Both the position numbers and the translations under genes were made by a program. Below are positions 58,504 through 64,000 of a DNA stretch of 64,000 nucleotides, one piece after another. This DNA comes from Octopus vulgaris (taxonomy: Eukaryota). The notes under the pieces are model-generated. The model was not told where the DNA came from. It made no database searches and saw only the letters and a list, made by a program, of their open reading frames with translations. Numbering within the stretch: the stretch's first letter is position 1; each line of letters starts with the position of its first letter. The stretch covers positions 22,568,001 to 22,632,000 of the forward strand of contig OX597834.1 in assembly GCA_951406725.2 (NCBI GenBank). The letters are read 5' to 3'.

Positions 58504-60121
58504 CAAACCTGGGCACCAAACCGTTAATCCGTTAATTAACGAAGATAACATTTTCGTTAACGACTTAACCTGTAAGTTAACTTTGGAAATCATTATCGGA
58601 CTAATTAACTTCCATTTAACAGAAGTTAACTTTACTGCCAACAGATGCTGCGGTGATCTTTTAGGCTCAGGGACTTGAAGTCCAAGGGCCTTGACAGGCA
58701 TCGACAAAAAGTTTAGGACCTTCCTGCAAGATGAGGAATGCCAGCTGGTTGCTGCCTTCCACCCCAGATTTCGCTTCATCTGGTTGAATAAGTATGACAA
58801 CACCAAAGTCGCCAAGGTGAAGAAAAACATGGAGAGTAAGGTCAAGGAGGCATGAGGCAGCAAAAACGAAGAGGAGGAGAATGACTTCACGGTGGTGTCA
58901 CCCAGCCAAAAGAGAGTAGCAGTAGCCCACGGGTCACTAAAGGACAAGGGCCCAGAATTTGGTGAAGACCTGATTGGAGACCAACTCCAAAGACTTGCTC
59001 ACAGAAGCTTCCTTCTTGGGTGAACAACTGTTGATGAACTTGTTCGTCAAGTTCAACACAGCCATCCCCTTTAGTGCAGCAGTGGAGTGTTTGCTCTCTC
59101 TAGGCAAGGACATCTTGAGGGCCAAGAGATCATCCTTGTCTGATGAAAACTTTGACATGCTAACTTTCATGAAGGGCAACATACATCTCATAAACAAAAT
59201 GGAGAACGAGAAAAAGAGGAAAAATTAAATTATGTATATATCATGTTTTTCAACTTTTATTATTTTTTTTATGATCACTTTATCAATAACTTTTTATTAG
59301 TTTAATACTAATATTGTGTTTCATTTGAGTTTTTTTTTGCCCTTTTCTGGTTCTAAAAGCTGTTATAAACCTAAAAAAGGTCAAAACTATGAAATCAGCC
59401 TCTTTTAGGTCTTTTAAAAGTTAAAACTATAAAATCAGCATTTTTTAACTCTTTTTCTTTACTACTCTGGGCACAAGGCCCGAAATTTTTTGTGAGGGGT
59501 GGGGGGCAGTCGATTAGATCGACCCCAGTACGCAACTGGTACTTAATTGAACGACTCCGAATGTATGACAGGCAAAGTAGACCTCGGCGGAATTTGAACT
59601 CAGAACGTAGGGACAGACGAAATACCTATTTCTTTACTAACCACAAGGGGCTAAACACAGAGAGGACAAACACGGACAGACAAACGGACTAAGTCGATTA
59701 TATCGACCCCAGTGCGTAACTGGTACTTATTTAATCGACCCCGAAAGGATGAAAGGCAAAGTCTACCTCGGCGGAATTTGAACTCAGAAGGTAGCTAAGC
59801 ATTTCGCCCGTCTTAGCATTTTTTAACTCTAAAGCTAGAAAACTACAGTTTTGGGGTTCTAAAGCCCTTTTAAAAATTATTTAAAAAAGACTGATTTTAT
59901 AATTTTGGCACTTTTAAATGTTGTTGTTAGGTGGTTTTAGAGCAAAAACTGACTTTTTTGTTTGTCTTTTATCTATAATAAAAATTAGCGTTAACGGTTT
60001 ATCGATAACGTCCGTTACATTTTTAAAGAATTAACTGATTAACGGTTATCGAAGTTAACTTTTTGGTTATCGGATTAACGGTCAACGAAATAAACTTTTC
60101 GATTAACGGTACCCACCTTTG
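58504..60121 (+). mobile_element. Internally deleted hAT DNA transposon with a decayed transposase C-terminus
   Basis: Imperfect TIRs CAAACCTGGGCAC (58504-58516) and GTACCCACCTTTG (60109-60121), 10/13. Clustered TTAAC/CGTTAA subterminal motifs at both ends. GIDKKFRTFLQDEECQLVAAFHPRFRFIWL from 58697 and the hATC dimerisation motif LFVKFNTAIPFSAAVECLLSLGKDILRAKRSSLSDENFDML (58974-59228), with stops and frameshifts between them. Confidence 0.9.
59453..59814 (-). mobile_element. Family-A SINE dimer nested in the hAT element, 16-bp TSD
   Basis: AGCATTTTTTAACTCT at both 59437-59452 and 59815-59830. Internal junction (reverse complement) GTAAAGAAATAGGTATTTCGTCTG at 59614-59637. Confidence 0.9.
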
Positions 60122-62246
60122 GTATGTGAGTGTGTGTCTTTGTCCCTACCACTGATCGAAACCGGTGTCGGTTTATTAAACGCCCCCGTAACTTAGAGGT
60201 TTGACAAAAGTGATTGATAGAATAAGTACCAAGCTTAAAAATAAGTAGGGGTCGATTTGTCCGACTAAACCCTTCAGGTGGGGGCCTCAGTTTGGCTGCG
60301 AGTAAAAAATAAAAAGGACCAATGGTTAAAACAAACTTAAAAAATAAAAAAAAACAGTGCAGTTACGGGTAGGTGTTCACGAACATTTTTAATGACTGTT
60401 TTGCCGACAATTTTCCCAATCGAAATTTCTTTCTTATAATAGTTTAATTAACAAACAGCCATGCCATCCTACTAGAACGAAACTAACGAAAGGGGGGTGC
60501 GGTCCACATTCTTTACGTCCGCCGGTAAAGGGTGGATGTAGAAGGTTTTGGGTTTAATGGATTCATACTTGCGATTTAGAACACTTGCCATTTCTAGAAT
60601 GTCAGTAACATGATTACAATAAATAACTAAAACTCAAGTGGGTTGGTTGCAATAGGTTGTGTCAGATGATAGAAATATAGAGAATACAGCTCTCTAAAGT
60701 AAATTGACAGGTCGAACAAAAAGCAACGAGGGATGTGAGAAAGCTTCTATGAAATGGCAGCCAAATTATTCTCCTTCAAATAATACAAATCTCTATCGTC
60801 TTTTAAAAACAAATGGAAAACACACTGAGGATTTCTTCAGTTTCGCTCACAGATTTTTTTAATTATTTTTTAACAGTTTGAAACTTCGTATACCGGTCAT
60901 GGGTATACGATGTCCATTTTTTTTTTTTTTTTCCTTAATGGGACAGTTAGGACGGATTATTGTACATCGAATGTTAGCTTAATCGATACTGATAGATGGT
61001 TAAATAAAAACAATAATAGCAGCAGCAAAGGCTTAACGAACTAACGAGGAGCTAGACTCAAATGTGGTTGCCCCACCTGCCAGAAATAGCAGTCAAATCT
61101 CTTTCAAAACCCACACACCCTTTCGTCTTAAGAAGGAAAAGACACGTTCGTGTAATGTCAGGTAATTCCAGATACACTAGGTATGAATAATAAATGGGAT
61201 GGTCACAATTTGGAACATCTTTTGATCATGACTGATCTGAGGGTTAAACAACATCAACGCTCTAATTAACTTGTCAGAAAATATTTTCTCGGTTGCTAAT
61301 CAATAGACTATGAGTTACTCATTAAGGATGTAGTTGGTTTATATTTTAATGTCAATCAACTAGGGCGGGTTGTTAACAACTGTAAACGCCTATCTTTCGT
61401 TGGGGTACGACAGAAATAAAACTCCAAAGAGCCTCTGCTTAGAACCCTCTTTTAAACAACATTACAGAGTTCCCGGGTAAAAACAATGCACTCGGGCCCT
61501 TGCATACCCAAACATAGATTAGCACGGGACCCCTAGACCCGTGTGGCACTACCGAGTCTGCCTATGTCTAAAGACAGCATTGCCTCTACGTGGTCGATCG
61601 GTCGTTCGAACTGTTAAAAATAGCAGCTAAATTCCCTCGAATCACATTCTACTGTCATGCAGCTAAAGATAGCTTTTAAAAATAAATAAAAATTTAAGGT
61701 GGAATGGTCAAAGTTGAATTCGATAAGAGCTGGCCTGAGGCAAAACAATAACCGAAAAAAAAATAATGGAAACTTATTCCGTACACTCTGAATTAAAAGT
61801 TAGAGAGGAGTTGGGAATAAACATTCCAGCTCAAGTAAATTATTTTATTCAAAACGAAAAAAAGATCACAATCCCGAAAATTAAAAGTAAATAACTTTCA
61901 TTTTCATAAATTCTATTCTTCGTAACTTCTTGAAGAAACTCCACCTAAAAGACGATGCTGACTTCAGTAAAATTCGAAATCATAATCAAGAGACAGCTAA
62001 CATGAGCTGGTTATATTTGTGCTAGTTTTAAACTTTTTTTCAGCCGTCCCTAAAAACAAATTGTTCACAGCAACAAGAAAACGAACGACGACATTAAGAT
62101 CTTTTAAAGGTTCAAAGGTGTCTGAGAAGAAGAAAAACAACATTTTGGAAATTGTCAAAATATGAGGGATGGTCACGAGATGTGAGTCATGTCACTGCAG
62201 TAATTCTTATTTACAAGTAGACATACATATATGTACTTATATGTAT

Positions 62247-62305
<59 letters not shown>

Positions 62306-62688
62306 TATATATATACAGTCATACATATATAGATTATTGTAAACTGTCCCATCAAAATACAGAATATACAACTGAATGTTTGATGGTTACTTACAGGCTT
62401 GTAATCAGACCTGTTCCGACCGTGACAATCGAGCTTTACATTCATTCTATCAAAATATCTGGTTACAATACTCAATGTACTCTTACTTAAAGATAGAAAC
62501 TTCAAGAAAGTAGCAGGGGTTAAAATTTGAGCGAAATTTGGCTGCTACAACTAAGTGAGTGGAGCAACAATAATAATAGCATTGCTTTGAAATTATTTAA
62601 TGGGTGGTGGTGGTTTTCGATGACGTTTTGGGTGTGAAATGAACACAGGAAAACGGACGTGTGAAAAATAAGTACGGCATTACATCAG

Positions 62689-62746
<58 letters not shown>

Positions 62747-63250
62747 ACAAACATACATATGCACACACACTCGCAAACAACTCAACACAAGTTGTTTGGT
62801 CAGTGAAAACTCACTGTAGGAATTGGCAAATTCAATACCTCACAAAGACCAGTGGTTTCATCAGGAAAAAGGACACACACACAAACATAGATGTATACAT
62901 ACACACCTCATACACCCATGGGTTGGGGGCTCATGAAGTTTGTCAATTTTTTGTTTGTCAAATTCTTTTTGGGGTTTACAGTTTTAGACAAAGTGAAAAT
63001 TGGTAGCAATATCTATAGGCAACCCTCTTTCGTTAGATTCTACAGAAATGTAATTGGAAGGTCTGCAGAACCCTTATCTTTCCCCTTCCTGAAGAAATTA
63101 AAAGATATGTATGTGTGTGTGGTGTTTATAGCTCATGTTATGGAACTAAGGTGTCCACAAATCAAAAACAGGTACTCCAGTGTTTGAGACAAGTTTCTTA
63201 TTTTAGATTACAGAGTTTCCTTACAAGAACAGTCAAGTTGCTTTTATATA

Positions 63251-63295
<45 letters not shown>

Positions 63296-63359
63296 CATAT
63301 ACATATATATATATATATAAAAGCAACTTGACTGTGGTTGCCCCACCTGCCAGACATTA

Positions 63360-63597
63360 TAGGCGAGCTGGCAGAAACGTTAGCACGCCGGGCGAAATGC
63401 GTAGCCGTATTTCGTCTGCCGTTACGTTCTGAGTTCAAATTCCGCCGAGGTCGACTTTGCCTTTCATCCTTTCTGGGTCGATAAATAAAGTACCAGTTTC
63501 GCACTGGGGGGGGGGGGTCTATGTAATCGACTTAATCCCTTTGTCTGTCCTTGTTTGTCCCCTCTATGTTTAGCCCCTTGTGGGCAATAAAGAAATA
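63360..63597 (+). mobile_element. Family-A SINE, young copy
   Basis: Near-consensus. Further decayed family-A copies lie at about 82-272, 4938-5145, 14415-14640, 20495-20705, 31490-31660, 33985-34200, 38620-38835 and 43880-44075. Confidence 0.85.
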
Positions 63598-64000
63598 TAT
63601 ATATATATATATAATGGGTTCTACCAGTCGGTTTTGAAGTATAAGTGTCCAACCGCGAGCTGTTAAAGATACTCGATACATGATTTGTTTTCGGCTGTGA
63701 CGGCAACTAATCCAGGAAACGGAGAAATCATATATATATATATATATATATACATATTACCTTCACCAAACAATATGTTACAGGTTATGACATATATAAC
63801 TAGTCAGGATGTTAACATCGGTTTCGCGTTGAATATTGCCACCAGACAGGCAATATAATGACATCGTGTGTGTATAATGTGTACAGTGTAATAAAAATAA
63901 TATCAGGAACACAAGTTTAAGACGAATGTTGAGAAAATAAAAATGTTTAAGAATAGCTGAAGGACCAAAAAAATTAGGCAATGTATTGTTACACACACAC

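Larger units (their letters stand above)
58360..60350 (+). mobile_element. Family-B SINE split by the hAT insertion (halves ~58360-58503 and ~60122-60350)
   Basis: The 5' half ends in the (GT)n linker; the 3' half resumes with TGTCTTTGTCCC...GATAGAATAAGTACC. Confidence 0.75.

Noticed and set aside
63612-63720. TA-flanked fragment with AAACCGACTGGTA as a hammerhead half
   Set aside because: No CUGANGA or stem I partner; may be a PLE remnant but cannot be supported.

Overview
AT-rich, repeat-dense animal genomic DNA. The SINE families and microsatellite load suggest an octopus/coleoid cephalopod (inference). Supported protein-coding content: (1) the last two coding exons of IST1 on the minus strand (26986-27460 and 26186-26449). 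I could not find the exons for the N-terminal ~90 aa anywhere in the window. (2) An intronless 350-aa orphan ORF (12022-13074, +) made of a coiled-coil-like head plus 22 acidic ~11-aa repeats, lying in a CpG-retaining, repeat-poor island. The remainder is SINEs of several families, TTAA-flanked MITEs, decayed LINE fragments (RTE, Tx1/L1-like, R4/Dong-like), Tc1 and hAT remnants, a Helitron-like element, and mini/microsatellites. Most ORF-track entries are artefacts of these repeats. The most striking unexplained structure is a set of hammerhead-ribozyme motifs in at least six unrelated sequence contexts. Several sit at the centre of long, (TA)n-flanked palindromes; others lie inside a dispersed ~280-300 bp element. 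The architecture resembles Penelope-like pseudo-LTRs or retrozymes. All folds and alignments were done by eye and nothing was computed or database-searched. Boundaries of decayed repeats are approximate.
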